Source of the DNA: an uncultured Planctomycetota bacterium
Lineage (GTDB): Bacteria > Planctomycetota > Phycisphaerae > Tepidisphaerales > Tepidisphaeraceae
DNA: 64,000 bases
Direction: 5' to 3'
Assembly: GCA_963841915.1 (NCBI GenBank)
Contig: CAWJEN010000005.1
Coordinates: 736,001-800,000 of the forward strand
Made by a program: the position numbers and the translations under genes. A model generated the notes under the pieces. That model saw only the letters and a program-made list of their open reading frames with translations. It was not told the origin of the DNA and made no database searches. This document shows positions 45,071 through 54,856 of this stretch, piece after piece. Position 1 is the stretch's first letter, and each line of letters begins with the position of its first letter.

Positions 45071-47417
45071 AGGCAAGTCGCATCAGCGCAAGGTCGATGA
45101 CCAGGCGGTCGCGACCTGACGCAGACTCGCGGAGGCGACGCAGCAGACTCGGGCACGCCAGGAGCGTCGAGGCCGACGTGGCCCCGACGCGAAGTGCCTG
45201 CCGAGCCAGTCGCCTGGCTGCGTCACGGGGCAGGCCGATCGCGCGACAGGTTCGCCGGTCGAGGCCGGCGTGAGACACGCGGAATTGCCCTACGCGGCGG
45301 CGAATCTTGTTCCCCAGGAGCCCGAAGACGAGTCCACCGCTGACGAGCAAAACCAGCCCTGCCAGAACCGGTCCGGCATCGGCGGTCGACTCTGCCTTGC
45401 TGCCGCCGAAGCCGCTGGTGAGGGCTTGCAGTCGATCGCTGTCGACCGTGGCGACCATCGGCACACCGACCATGGCGGCACCTTGGGCGACCGCGCTGCT
45501 GCGAGCCTTGCGCATGTCGTCGGCCACGCGTCGGACGGTCCCGGCGGCGAGGCGACGGACGCCGGCGTCGCTGTCGCTGCGGGCGATCCGGGCGACCTCG
45601 TCGAGCAGGTTCCAGCGACGCGTTTCACCGACCGCCCACACGCCGCTGAGACGATGGTCGGCCCGCTGGTCTCGGAGCATGTCGAACAACGGTTGATTGG
45701 CGTCGGCCACGCCCAGCACGTCACTGGCAACAATGGCGTTGGCCCGCTCGCGATTGCGGCCTAAGCGCTCGCGGGCTTGGAGCAGGCGACGGAAATCGTC
45801 CGATTCCTGAGGTAAACCGGCTGCCTGCAAGGCTTCGACCGCGTTGGCGCGGACGCGGGCGTCGGGGTCGTCGAGCAATACACGAAGCTGTCGCATCGGC
45901 CCGCTGTCGGTGGCGCGGCGGACGACGGTCGCCAGCAACGTGACGCCGCGAGCGCGAGACTTGGCATCATCATCGCAGCAGGCGGCCATGACGAGGGGGG
46001 CAAAGCTGGCAACCAGCCCTGCCGACTCGGCGAGCTGAAGCGTGGCCAAACGGTGCGCCGGTGGCGTGGCGAGGGCGAGCCGTTCGACGGCGTCGGCCGG
46101 ATCGGGCAGCAGCTTCAACAGGGCCAGCACCGCCCGCGGCGCTTCGCGACGCTTTTCGCTGACCGCCCGATGCCAGACCTCGGTGAAGCAGCGTGTCAGC
46201 GTCTTGCCGCAGGTGCGGCGGACGGCCGGTGATTGGGCGCAGGCGGCGAGCAGTGCGCGCTCGGCGGCTTGGCGGTGCGGGCCGGGCTCGAGCCGCTCGA
46301 CCTGCCGATTCAATCGTTTTGCCGCCGACCGGGCCAAATGTTGCTCACTTGCGCCGGCGAGTTTTGCGAGCCAGCTCACCGGGAGTGCCGCGTCGCGGGC
46401 GGCCGTCGCCGAGGCGGCGTAGCGAAGGGTGCGCAGCCGTGTTGTATCGTCACTGGCGGCGTCGTCGACAATCGTCAGCAGCTCTGCTAATTCTGCATCG
46501 AAAACGCTGCCGGCGGCGCACCAAAACCCGACTTTTGCGAGGTCAAAGGGTGCCTCAGCGGGTGCGTCAGCCCTTCCGAACCCGTGCCGCGACAGCTCGT
46601 CACGCAACCGCTGAGGCGACCACCAAGGTCCTTCCCGCAGCGTCGCCACGGCAGCGGCGAACTTGGGCTCGGTCAATTGTTGTGCCTGCTCGGTGAAACC
46701 GACGAAGCCTTGGCCGGTCGCTCCGCCCAAAGCGTCTGCCAGGACCTGCTTGGCCTTAACACCCGCTGCCAAGGACGCGGCAGCCTCGATTGCGGTGCGC
46801 GGCGAGGACAATCGTGCCGCACACATCCCGCCACGACGTCGCAACAGCTCAATCAGCGGCCGGCGTTTGGCACCGGCGGCGATGAGTTGCACCGCCGCGT
46901 CGGCCAGGTTCGACTCGGCCACGCGTCCACCGCTGACCGCACTTCGCGGATCGTCCAAGGCGTCGGCAACAGCGTTTTCTAAGGCATCTCGGGTGGTTTC
47001 ACAGTCGGCCGCCTGCTCGTTGGCGAGCGACAGCACGGCAGCGGTCGCAGCTTCGGCGGTGGTGGTGTCCCTGCAGCGAAGCAGCGACGCCAGCACGGTC
47101 ACGCCCGCCGAGCCTTCGCAGCGGGCCGCGAACGCCGCTGCCGATAGTCGTGCCGCTTCGTCCTTGCCTCGGGCGACTCTCGTGCCTGCATTGATGAAGC
47201 GGTCGGCCTCGGCGACCACCGCCAGCTGTGCCGCCGCCGTAAGCGTCGAGAACTCGGTGATCAGGCCATGTAAACCGTCGGGTTTCCCACGTTTCAGCAC
47301 AGCGGCGACCGCAGCGCGGGCTTCCTCGTCGTCGCCGAGTTTGGCAGCCTCGACCAGCACGGCATCGGCCACCGCGGCGGCATCGGCGGCGAGAAGGCGG
47401 TAAACGGTCTGCAGCAC
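45066..47417 (-). CDS. HEAT-repeat protein with a C-terminal TM helix
   Basis: LLDDPDARVRANAVEAL, RERANAI, RLSGVWAV HEAT-like repeats. AAGGA precedes GTG 47417. Confidence 0.75.
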   Translation of the reverse strand: MLQTVYRLLAADAAAVADAVLVEAAKLGDDEEARAAVAAVLKRGKPDGLHGLITEFSTLTAAAQLAVVAEADRFINAGTRVARGKDEAARLSAAAFAARCEGSAGVTVLASLLRCRDTTTAEAATAAVLSLANEQAADCETTRDALENAVADALDDPRSAVSGGRVAESNLADAAVQLIAAGAKRRPLIELLRRRGGMCAARLSSPRTAIEAAASLAAGVKAKQVLADALGGATGQGFVGFTEQAQQLTEPKFAAAVATLREGPWWSPQRLRDELSRHGFGRADAPAEAPFDLAKVGFWCAAGSVFDAELAELLTIVDDAASDDTTRLRTLRYAASATAARDAALPVSWLAKLAGASEQHLARSAAKRLNRQVERLEPGPHRQAAERALLAACAQSPAVRRTCGKTLTRCFTEVWHRAVSEKRREAPRAVLALLKLLPDPADAVERLALATPPAHRLATLQLAESAGLVASFAPLVMAACCDDDAKSRARGVTLLATVVRRATDSGPMRQLRVLLDDPDARVRANAVEALQAAGLPQESDDFRRLLQARERLGRNRERANAIVASDVLGVADANQPLFDMLRDQRADHRLSGVWAVGETRRWNLLDEVARIARSDSDAGVRRLAAGTVRRVADDMRKARSSAVAQGAAMVGVPMVATVDSDRLQALTSGFGGSKAESTADAGPVLAGLVLLVSGGLVFGLLGNKIRRRVGQFRVSHAGLDRRTCRAIGLPRDAARRLARQALRVGATSASTLLACPSLLRRLRESASGRDRLVIDLALMRLAY

Positions 47418-47460
47418 ATCCTTGTTATCGGACAAACCTGCACGCCATCACCAACCACGC

Positions 47461-47853
47461 TCAATCGTCGGCTGTGTGCTGCTTCAGCACCTCGAGCGAC
47501 ACGACTTGTAGCGACTTCTCATGCGTCGCCTCCAGCACGATCGGCGGCGCAACGCCCGCCTCGGCCGCCTCAAGCCATCGGCCGCTGCACAGGCACCACC
47601 GGTCGCCCGGCTTCAGCCCCGCAAAATCGTACTCGGGTCGCGGCGTCGACAAGTCGTTGCCCTGAACGGCTGTAAAGGCCAGAAACTCTGCTGTCACCAC
47701 GGCGCAGACGGTGTGACTGCCGATGTCATTGGGTCCCGTGTTGCAGCAGCCGTCACGGTAGAAGCCGGTCACCGGGTTGGTGCCGCAGAGACCTAGGGGT
47801 CCGCCCAGGACGTTGCGGGCGACGGGCTTTTTGGAATGGGTGTCAGGGCGCAT
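47461..47853 (-). CDS. DUF2237-family protein
   Basis: NVLGGPL..C...P.TGFYRDGCC.TG..D.G.HTVCA, GNDLSTP, LKPGDRWCLC..RW.EA. Confidence 0.92.
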   Translation of the reverse strand: MRPDTHSKKPVARNVLGGPLGLCGTNPVTGFYRDGCCNTGPNDIGSHTVCAVVTAEFLAFTAVQGNDLSTPRPEYDFAGLKPGDRWCLCSGRWLEAAEAGVAPPIVLEATHEKSLQVVSLEVLKQHTADD

Positions 47854-47875
47854 CGCTCCATGGTACCGGTCAGCG

Positions 47876-47891
47876 CGGCATCGCCTTTGCA
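47876..47891 (+). promoter_or_regulatory. Putative sigma-54 promoter for the SDR gene
   Basis: CGGCATC-GCCT-TTGCA with GG(47877-78)-N10-GC(47889-90), 13 nt before the ATG. Confidence 0.55.
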
Positions 47892-47903
47892 AACTGCCTT
47901 GAT

Positions 47904-48953
47904 ATGGGACTCCACCTCAGACCTCTCGAAGATCAAGTCATTGTGCTTACCGGTGCCAGCAGCGGCATCGGCCTGACCACGGCCCGCATGGCTGCGGAGC
48001 GTGGGGCCAAGCTCGTACTTGCCGCCCGCAGCGAGGAGGCGCTGCGTGACCTTGCCGACGAAATCAACAACAACGGCGGCGAGGCCCTCGCCGTCACGTG
48101 CGATGTGTCAATCGAGGACGACGTCAAACGCCTCGCCGAGGCGGCCGTCACCCGATTTGGCCGCATCGACACGTGGATCAACGACGCGGGCGTCGGCATG
48201 TACGGCAAAATCCTCGACACACCGGCAGATGATGCCAAGAAGCTGTACGAGACGAACGTCATGGGCGTGCTGCACGGCAGTCAGGCGGCGGTACGTCACT
48301 TCGTCAGCCGTGAGGACCAGAAGTACGACGGCACCCTCATCAACATCGGCAGCGTTTTGTCCTATCAGGCGACGCCGATCCAAGGGATCTACAGCAGCTC
48401 CAAGCACGCGGTGAAGGGTCTGACCGACTCGCTGCGGATGGAAGTGCTCGCCGACGACCTGCCGGTGAGCGTGACGTGCATCATGCCAGCGGCGATTGAT
48501 ACGCCCTACGCCGAGCACGCACCGAACTACATGGGCGTCGAGGCGACGCTACCGCCACCGGCGTATCGGCCGGAGGTCGTCGCCCGGGCGATCCTGCACG
48601 CGGCTGCGACACCGACGCGCGATCTCACGGTCGGCGGCGCGCTCAAACCGACGACGATGCTGAACAAGGTGCTGCCGGGACTGGTCGACTCCGTCATGGC
48701 CGCCCTCATGCCGGCGGCCCAGCGGAACGACGATCAGCCGATCGGCTCGGTCGAGCGTCGCGGCCTGACCACGCCCAGCGGCAGCACCAAGTATGGCGCA
48801 GGTCGCCAGCGGTCGACGGAGGGCCATCTCGCCATGCCGTTCAGCGCCTACACGCAGGCCCGCATGCATCCCGTCGCGGCGGCGGCGGTGTTGGCCGGTG
48901 CAGGGCTCCTCGTCTCTGCCGTCGTAGGCGGACTCACCGGAGACGACGACTGA
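47904..48953 (+). CDS. Short-chain dehydrogenase/reductase
   Basis: TGASSGIG, IDTWINDAG, YSSSKHA (YxxxK), and a C-terminal hydrophobic anchor. Confidence 0.92.
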   Translation: MGLHLRPLEDQVIVLTGASSGIGLTTARMAAERGAKLVLAARSEEALRDLADEINNNGGEALAVTCDVSIEDDVKRLAEAAVTRFGRIDTWINDAGVGMYGKILDTPADDAKKLYETNVMGVLHGSQAAVRHFVSREDQKYDGTLINIGSVLSYQATPIQGIYSSSKHAVKGLTDSLRMEVLADDLPVSVTCIMPAAIDTPYAEHAPNYMGVEATLPPPAYRPEVVARAILHAAATPTRDLTVGGALKPTTMLNKVLPGLVDSVMAALMPAAQRNDDQPIGSVERRGLTTPSGSTKYGAGRQRSTEGHLAMPFSAYTQARMHPVAAAAVLAGAGLLVSAVVGGLTGDDD

Positions 48954-49270
48954 TGGCCAGCGTCAACCGCGGCATCAGCATTCTGCTTCACGCCTTGCAC
49001 GCCTTCGAACTCGCCGCCGACGATGCAAGCGTCGACGCCGAGACGAAGGCGATGCTGGGCCTGGGCGCGTACGACTCGATCCGCGTCATCGCCAACAAGT
49101 GGCACGCCAAAGCCGACCGCGGCGACAAGAAGCGGATGGCCGACTTCGCAGAGCTGGACTCGTGGTATCGCCGCTGGCTTTCAGCAGCGCGGTCAGTCGA
49201 TCACGCGTCGCTCTCCAAGACGATTCAGGAGGTCGAGGCGGCCGTCGCGGCAAAGCCACGTAGCGTCTGA
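48953..49270 (+). CDS. Hypothetical protein
   Basis: TGATG overlap with the SDR stop; helical 105-aa product. Confidence 0.6.
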   Translation: MASVNRGISILLHALHAFELAADDASVDAETKAMLGLGAYDSIRVIANKWHAKADRGDKKRMADFAELDSWYRRWLSAARSVDHASLSKTIQEVEAAVAAKPRSV

Positions 49271-49356
49271 AGTAGTTGGTTTCGAATTTCAGGGCACCGA
49301 ACAGCGGTCTGACGCGGCTCTTGACGAAGCCAATGCTGTCGTAAGCTTGTCGCGAG

Positions 49357-50361
49357 ATGATCATCACGACCCACGCTTATGCCCGTGCCGGCCTAGTCGG
49401 TAACCCCTCCGACGGTTACTTTGGCAAAACCATCTCGCTCGCCATCCGCGACTACAAGGTGACGGTGCGTCTGTGGGATTCGCCCACGTTCGAGATCGTC
49501 CCAGGCAGTGGTGATTTGTGCCGATACGAAACGGTCGACAGCTTCCTGCGCGACGCCAAGCTCATGGGCTACTACGGCGCGATGCGGCTGATCAAGGCGA
49601 CCATCAAGCGGTTTCACGACTACTGCCGCGAGGCTGACAAGGACATCACGGGCCGCGGCAACTTCACCATAGCGTTCGACACCGACATTCCGCGCCTTGT
49701 CGGCCTCAGCGGGTCGAGCGGCATCGTCGTCGCGACGATGCGGGCGCTCATGAAGTTCTACGACGTCGAGATCAGCAACCAAGAGCTCCCGACGCTGGCG
49801 CTGAGCGTCGAGACGGTCGAGCTGGGCATCGCTGCCGGGCTGCAGGATCGCGTCGTCCAGACGTATGAGGGGCTCGTCTACATGGACTTTGACCGGGAGC
49901 TCGTCGAGCGGACGGGCGGCGGGCGGTACGAGCAGCTCACGCCTCAAAAGACGCCTCAGGTGTACGTCGCCTTCGACCCGGAGCGGGCAGAGGTCAGCGG
50001 CGTCACGCACCGCAATCTGCGGAAAGACTGGGAGAGTGGAGCGAAAGACGTGCACGATGCGATGGAGCGGCTGGCCCAACTCACCGACGCCGGTCGCCGG
50101 GCGATCCTCGACTTCGACATGAAGACGCTTCACGAGGTGACGAACGAGAACTACGAAGTCCGCAAAACGATCATGAAGGTCGCCCCGGAGAACGACAAGA
50201 TGGTGCAAGTGGCCCGCAGCGTCGGGGCATCGGCCAAGTTTGCCGGGAGCGGCGGCGCGATTGTGGGTGTTTACCTCGACGGTGACCAGTACAGTCGCCT
50301 CGTCGATGCGCTGGCTGAGATTCGCTGCACCTGCTTCCGGCCCGTCATCTTTGGCGACTGA
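49357..50361 (+). CDS. GHMP-family sugar kinase, glucuronokinase-like
   Basis: AYARAGLVGNPSDGYFGKTIS, IPRLVGLSGSS, ELGIAAGLQDRV.Q.YEGLVYMDF, AKFAGSGGA. Confidence 0.85.
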   Translation: MIITTHAYARAGLVGNPSDGYFGKTISLAIRDYKVTVRLWDSPTFEIVPGSGDLCRYETVDSFLRDAKLMGYYGAMRLIKATIKRFHDYCREADKDITGRGNFTIAFDTDIPRLVGLSGSSGIVVATMRALMKFYDVEISNQELPTLALSVETVELGIAAGLQDRVVQTYEGLVYMDFDRELVERTGGGRYEQLTPQKTPQVYVAFDPERAEVSGVTHRNLRKDWESGAKDVHDAMERLAQLTDAGRRAILDFDMKTLHEVTNENYEVRKTIMKVAPENDKMVQVARSVGASAKFAGSGGAIVGVYLDGDQYSRLVDALAEIRCTCFRPVIFGD

Positions 50362-50376
50362 CGCTTAGCATCGGCT

Positions 50377-50694
50377 GTGCTCCACCGCCTGCTCGTCGTC
50401 ACGCTGCTTCTCGTCGTCGGCTGCGCAAGCACGGAGGGCCAGAGTTTCGACGAGCTGGAAGATCGTGTGACGGTCTATTACGCGGCAGAAGAGGTTGAGC
50501 GGCCGTACCTGAGCCTCGGCACCATGGAGGCGACAGAGGCTGTCGGCGGTGACGAGCAATTGGCCTTGGCGGAGCTTGTTGTCGAGGCAAGGAATCGCGG
50601 GGCCGACGCCATGATTGTCGACATGGCGGCCGGGACGACGCAGCCTTCGGCAAAGGGCAAAAAGATGTCGGCCGAGTTCATCGCGTTCGACTGA
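50377..50694 (+). CDS. Small lipoprotein (YbjQ-like fold suspected)
   Basis: Lipobox VVGC, then Y..LG......L...AR.RGADA.I. Confidence 0.65.
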   Translation: MLHRLLVVTLLLVVGCASTEGQSFDELEDRVTVYYAAEEVERPYLSLGTMEATEAVGGDEQLALAELVVEARNRGADAMIVDMAAGTTQPSAKGKKMSAEFIAFD

Positions 50695-50740
50695 GCCGCC
50701 TGGCTTTGCTTGGCCGGGGTCGATCGGCCATGATCGGGGC

Positions 50741-51607
50741 GTGATCCGAACTGCTGTCATTCCTGCTGCCGGCTTTGGCACTCGCATGCTGCCCGCAGCC
50801 AAGAGCGTGCCCAAAGAAATGCTGCCGATTCTGAGTCGGCCGACGATTGAGTACGTCGCCGAAGAGGCCGCCGACGCGGGCGTGGGTGATCTTCTGCTGG
50901 TCGTCTCTAGCGACAAGAAGGCGATCGAGGACCACTTCGACACGCATGCCGAGCTGGAGCGTCGGCTCAAGGACAAGGGCCGCGAGTCGTGGCTGGAGAC
51001 GGTGAATGATCTGCTGGCCCGGCTTCAAGTGTTCAGCGTCCGCCAACGCGAGCAACTCGGCCTCGGCCACGCCGTCCTGCAGGCAGAGCGCCATGTTGGT
51101 GATCGGCCGTTTCTGTGCATGCTTGGCGACACGATCTTCTCCGGTGGCAATCCGGCCAAGCAGCTCGTCGACGCACAAAAACAGCTCGGCGGCAGCGTCA
51201 TCGGCCTTGAGCGGGTGCCCAGGGACCTCGTTAGCCGCTACGGCATCGCCGGCGGCACGATGACGAGCGACACCGTGATGAAGCTCGACCGCCTCGTCGA
51301 AAAGCCGTCCGCAAGCGACGCCCCCAGCGACCTCGCCGTCGCCGCCCGTTACGTGCTGAGCCCGACGATCTTCAAGCTCCTCCACGACACTCCACGCGGC
51401 CGAGGCGATGAGATTCAGTTGACGGACTCCCTGCAGGAACTCATCCGCCAGGAGCCGGTCCACGGCGTCGTCCTAGACGCGACCCGCCATGACATTGGCA
51501 ACCCGGTCGACTGGCTCAAGACGAATCTGGCATTCGCGGCGAAGAACGACGAGCTGCGCGAATCACTTGCCCCGCTCGTCCTGAAGCTGTTCCCGAACAA
51601 GGGGTAG
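50741..51607 (+). CDS. galU: UTP-glucose-1-phosphate uridylyltransferase
   Basis: AVIPAAGFGTRMLPA.K..PKEMLPI, IEDHFD, RQ.EQLGLGHAV, VEKP, EIQLTD. Confidence 0.93.
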   Translation: MIRTAVIPAAGFGTRMLPAAKSVPKEMLPILSRPTIEYVAEEAADAGVGDLLLVVSSDKKAIEDHFDTHAELERRLKDKGRESWLETVNDLLARLQVFSVRQREQLGLGHAVLQAERHVGDRPFLCMLGDTIFSGGNPAKQLVDAQKQLGGSVIGLERVPRDLVSRYGIAGGTMTSDTVMKLDRLVEKPSASDAPSDLAVAARYVLSPTIFKLLHDTPRGRGDEIQLTDSLQELIRQEPVHGVVLDATRHDIGNPVDWLKTNLAFAAKNDELRESLAPLVLKLFPNKG

Positions 51608-51704
51608 TTGCCACTACAGGTGGTAAATCGTGACTGTCTAACAGCTACGGGATGTAGTACTGACCAATGGTTCGTGGGGCGGGAGAATCTTTAGCACGTA
51701 GATC

Positions 51705-51769
51705 GCTATTCTTGTGGAATAGCCAGAATGTGAATAAGGAGGTAGGCTATTCCCATGCACATGAATAGC
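51705..51769. promoter_or_regulatory. Two GCTATTC...GAATAGC inverted repeats upstream of the Fic gene (putative operator)
   Basis: Located at 51705-51723 (5-nt spacer) and 51746-51769 (10-nt spacer) in an AT-richer gap. Confidence 0.55.
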
Positions 51770-51786
51770 GAGAGGACCGGCCGCAG

Positions 51787-52956
51787 GTGAGACGTGAAGA
51801 ATTCGCTGAGGATTCGCCGGGCGAATTCGTCAGCAATCTGGACGGCGACTTGACGTTTGTGCCGTCGGCGCTGCCGGGGCCGCTGCGTCTCGATCTGGAA
51901 CTCGTGTCGCTGTTGAGCGAAGCCGAGCGAGGCCTGGGCCGGGTGACTGGCGTTTCGCAGACGCTGCCAAACCCAGAACTAATAACCCGCGCATTTGTGA
52001 GGCGAGAAGCTCAATTGTCGAGCGAGATCGAGAACATTGTGACCAACTATGCGAGTCTGGCCGCAGTCAAGGTGGCGGGGGCTGCTGCGGTACGTCACGA
52101 GAATCAGGATGCGATCGCCGAGGTGTTGAACAACGAGCAGGCAATCACGTTCTTCCTTGAGGCGACCAAAGAACGGGGCCGCCCCGTCACCGGCTCGCTG
52201 ATTCGCGATGTGCACGCCGTGCTCCTACATGGAGCTCGGAACGACGCGAAAAGGCCGGGCCGATATCGAGACCGCCAAGCCTTCATCGGCAGCAGTCAAG
52301 ACATCGCTGAGGCGAAGCTCGTGCCGGCTCCGGCACACGCGGTCGAGGAGTTGATGGAGGATCTGTGCGGCTTCATCCGCACCACTTCAGACCTTCCGCC
52401 GCTCGTCCGCCATGCGATGATTCACTATCAGTTCGAGACGATTCACCCGTTCGCCGACGGCAATGGTCGGACGGGGCGAGCGCTGATTCTGTTGCTCATG
52501 TGCGTCGACGGCTTGCTGCCTCAACCGATGCTGAACCCGAGCCTTCACATGGAGCGGGAGCGGCCAGAGTACTATCGCCGGCTGCTAGAGGTCAGCACGC
52601 GGAACAAGTGGTCTGCATGGATCAAGTTCTTCGCCCGCAGCGTTGCCGCCGCCGCAGATGACGCCGTCGCTCGCGTGGAAGCCATTCGCGATTTGCAGGC
52701 GTCGTACCACGAGCGGTTCCGGCAGCCGGGACGATCGGTAGCTCTACTTCAGCTCGTCGACGAACTTTTCGTTGAGCAGGCAACCACCATCAGCCTTGTT
52801 GCTGAACGACTTAACGTGAAGTTCGGTACTGCGGCGCGGCACGTCAAGACGCTCGAGGATGCCGGCGTACTGACGGAGATCACCGGACGCGGCCGCGATC
52901 GCGTTTATGTCGCGCCTGAGATCATCCAGATCATCCAGACGCCCAACACCGCCTGA
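51787..52956 (+). CDS. Fic-family protein adenylyltransferase with a C-terminal HTH
   Basis: Canonical HPFADGNGRTGR, N-terminal inhibitory-type SSEIEN, and a wHTH-like C-terminus (EITGRGRDRVY). Confidence 0.92.
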   Translation: MRREEFAEDSPGEFVSNLDGDLTFVPSALPGPLRLDLELVSLLSEAERGLGRVTGVSQTLPNPELITRAFVRREAQLSSEIENIVTNYASLAAVKVAGAAAVRHENQDAIAEVLNNEQAITFFLEATKERGRPVTGSLIRDVHAVLLHGARNDAKRPGRYRDRQAFIGSSQDIAEAKLVPAPAHAVEELMEDLCGFIRTTSDLPPLVRHAMIHYQFETIHPFADGNGRTGRALILLLMCVDGLLPQPMLNPSLHMERERPEYYRRLLEVSTRNKWSAWIKFFARSVAAAADDAVARVEAIRDLQASYHERFRQPGRSVALLQLVDELFVEQATTISLVAERLNVKFGTAARHVKTLEDAGVLTEITGRGRDRVYVAPEIIQIIQTPNTA

Positions 52957-52968
52957 CATCCCCACGAA

Positions 52969-54810
52969 CTACGGCCGCTTCGCGGCAACCCACCTTTTAA
53001 TGAACACAAGCGTCCGGCAGTTGAGCACGTCGGCCTTCGTCACCCAGGCACGCCGGGCCACGGCGAGGCCTAGGCGGTTGGCAGACAACCCCTTTGTCGT
53101 GTGGGCGTCGGTGTTGATCGTCAGCATGACGCCCGCGTCGAGGGCCATCTTGGCGTGCAGGTCGTTGAGATCCAGACGCGGGTAGGCAGCGTTGATTTCG
53201 AGAGCTGTGCCGGTTTCCTTGGCACGGGCGATGACCTTGGCCATGTCGAGGGGCAGGCCGTCGCGTTTGTTGATGAGTCGGCCCGTCGGGTGGCCGATGG
53301 CGTTGACATAGGGGCTGTCGATCGCCCGAAGGATGCGATCGGTCGCCTTCTTCGTGTCCTGCTTTAACGCGACATGCGGGCTGGCGACGACCCAATCTAA
53401 CTCAGCCAGCACCGCGTCTTCGTAGTCGAGGCGGCCGTCGCTGAGGATGTCGCACTCGCTGCCGGCCAGAAGCTCGATGCCCTTGATCTCGTCGTTGGCC
53501 TTGCGAATTGCGGCCACGTGCTTGAGCAGCCGATCGGCGTCGAGGCCGTTGGCCTGGATCTGTGACTTGCTGTGATCGGTGATGGCGAGAAACGTGTAGC
53601 CCAGCGCTTTGGCGGCTTCTGCCATCTCGATGATGCTGGCGGTGCCGTCGCTGGCGTGCGTGTGCGTGTGGAGATCGCCCTTCAAGTCGCTGGCCTCGAT
53701 CAGCGTCGGCAATCCGCCGGTGACGGCGGCTTCAATCTCCCCGCGGTCTTCGCGCAGTTCCGGCGCAATCCACGGCAGGTTGAACCACTTGTAGATTGCT
53801 TCTTCCGTCGCGGCCGCTTCAGGCTTGATCGTCGGAACGCCGCCGGTTTTGCGGGTCTCTTGTTGTTTCTCCCAAGCGTCCTTGGCAAAGACGCCCCAGT
53901 CGTTGAGCGTGTAACCGCGGTCGAGGGCCAGGCGACGAAGGTGCGTGTTGTGCTCTTTGCTGCCCGTGAAGTACATGAGGGCCGCCCCGAAGTGTGCGTC
54001 GGGCACGACCCGTGCGTCACACTGCAGGCCGTCCTTGGTAAGGATGCTGCATTTGGCGTCGCCTTTGACAAGCACGCGGTCGACCTCGGCGAACTCGCTG
54101 AAGGCGGTGAGGATTCTTGCCGGTTGATCCGTGACGATGAGAAAGTCGAGGTCGCCGACGGTCTCTTTGCCGCGCCTGAAGCTGCCTGCCGGTTCGACAC
54201 GACTGACGCCGTCGATGGCCCCAAGGCGTTCGATCATGGAGGCAACGATTTTGGCCGCCGACCCGATGCCGCGTCGTTCGTTGCCACGGGCAAGCAGCTC
54301 AATGCCGCCCTTGATCTGGTCGAGCTTCTTGGCACCGAGGCCCTTGATGCCTGCGAGTGAACCGTCGGCGATGGCTTTCGACAATTCGTCGATGCTGGTG
54401 ACGCCCTTCTCTTGCCAGACGGCCTGTACGGTTTTGGGACCCATGCCCGAAATTTCGAGCATGTCGAGCAGCCCGGCCGGCACGCTGGCGAGCAACTCGT
54501 CGTAGTCGACGCTCCGACCATCGGCCAGGAAGTCGCCGATGATTGCCCCGCTCGATTTGCCGATGCCCTTGACGGCCTCGACTGCCTTGATGCCGCCCTC
54601 GTCGTGGAGGGCACGCACGTCTTGCGGCATCTCGTCGAGCAGGCGACTGACCTTGTTGAAGCTGATCGCCCGGAAGCCGCCACCCTTGAGATCCAGGACG
54701 CGGGCCATCGTGGCGAACATGCTGGCAAGGGTCTTGTTGTCCTGGCTGGCGGGCATGAGGCAACGGTAAGCCGGGTCGCTCTTGACGGGCTGTGGAAGGT
54801 TTGTCGGCAT
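52969..54810 (-). CDS. polX: DNA polymerase X with a PHP domain
   Basis: HhH motifs, AGSFRRGKETVGDLD, YFTGSKEHN, PELRED, and PHP motifs DLHTHT, TDHS, HPTGR, NTDAH. Confidence 0.95.
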   Translation of the reverse strand: MPTNLPQPVKSDPAYRCLMPASQDNKTLASMFATMARVLDLKGGGFRAISFNKVSRLLDEMPQDVRALHDEGGIKAVEAVKGIGKSSGAIIGDFLADGRSVDYDELLASVPAGLLDMLEISGMGPKTVQAVWQEKGVTSIDELSKAIADGSLAGIKGLGAKKLDQIKGGIELLARGNERRGIGSAAKIVASMIERLGAIDGVSRVEPAGSFRRGKETVGDLDFLIVTDQPARILTAFSEFAEVDRVLVKGDAKCSILTKDGLQCDARVVPDAHFGAALMYFTGSKEHNTHLRRLALDRGYTLNDWGVFAKDAWEKQQETRKTGGVPTIKPEAAATEEAIYKWFNLPWIAPELREDRGEIEAAVTGGLPTLIEASDLKGDLHTHTHASDGTASIIEMAEAAKALGYTFLAITDHSKSQIQANGLDADRLLKHVAAIRKANDEIKGIELLAGSECDILSDGRLDYEDAVLAELDWVVASPHVALKQDTKKATDRILRAIDSPYVNAIGHPTGRLINKRDGLPLDMAKVIARAKETGTALEINAAYPRLDLNDLHAKMALDAGVMLTINTDAHTTKGLSANRLGLAVARRAWVTKADVLNCRTLVFIKRWVAAKRP

Positions 54811-54856
54811 GCCGACTCAATGCCGCGGGTACGGCCGATGTTCGTAGACTGCGGCC

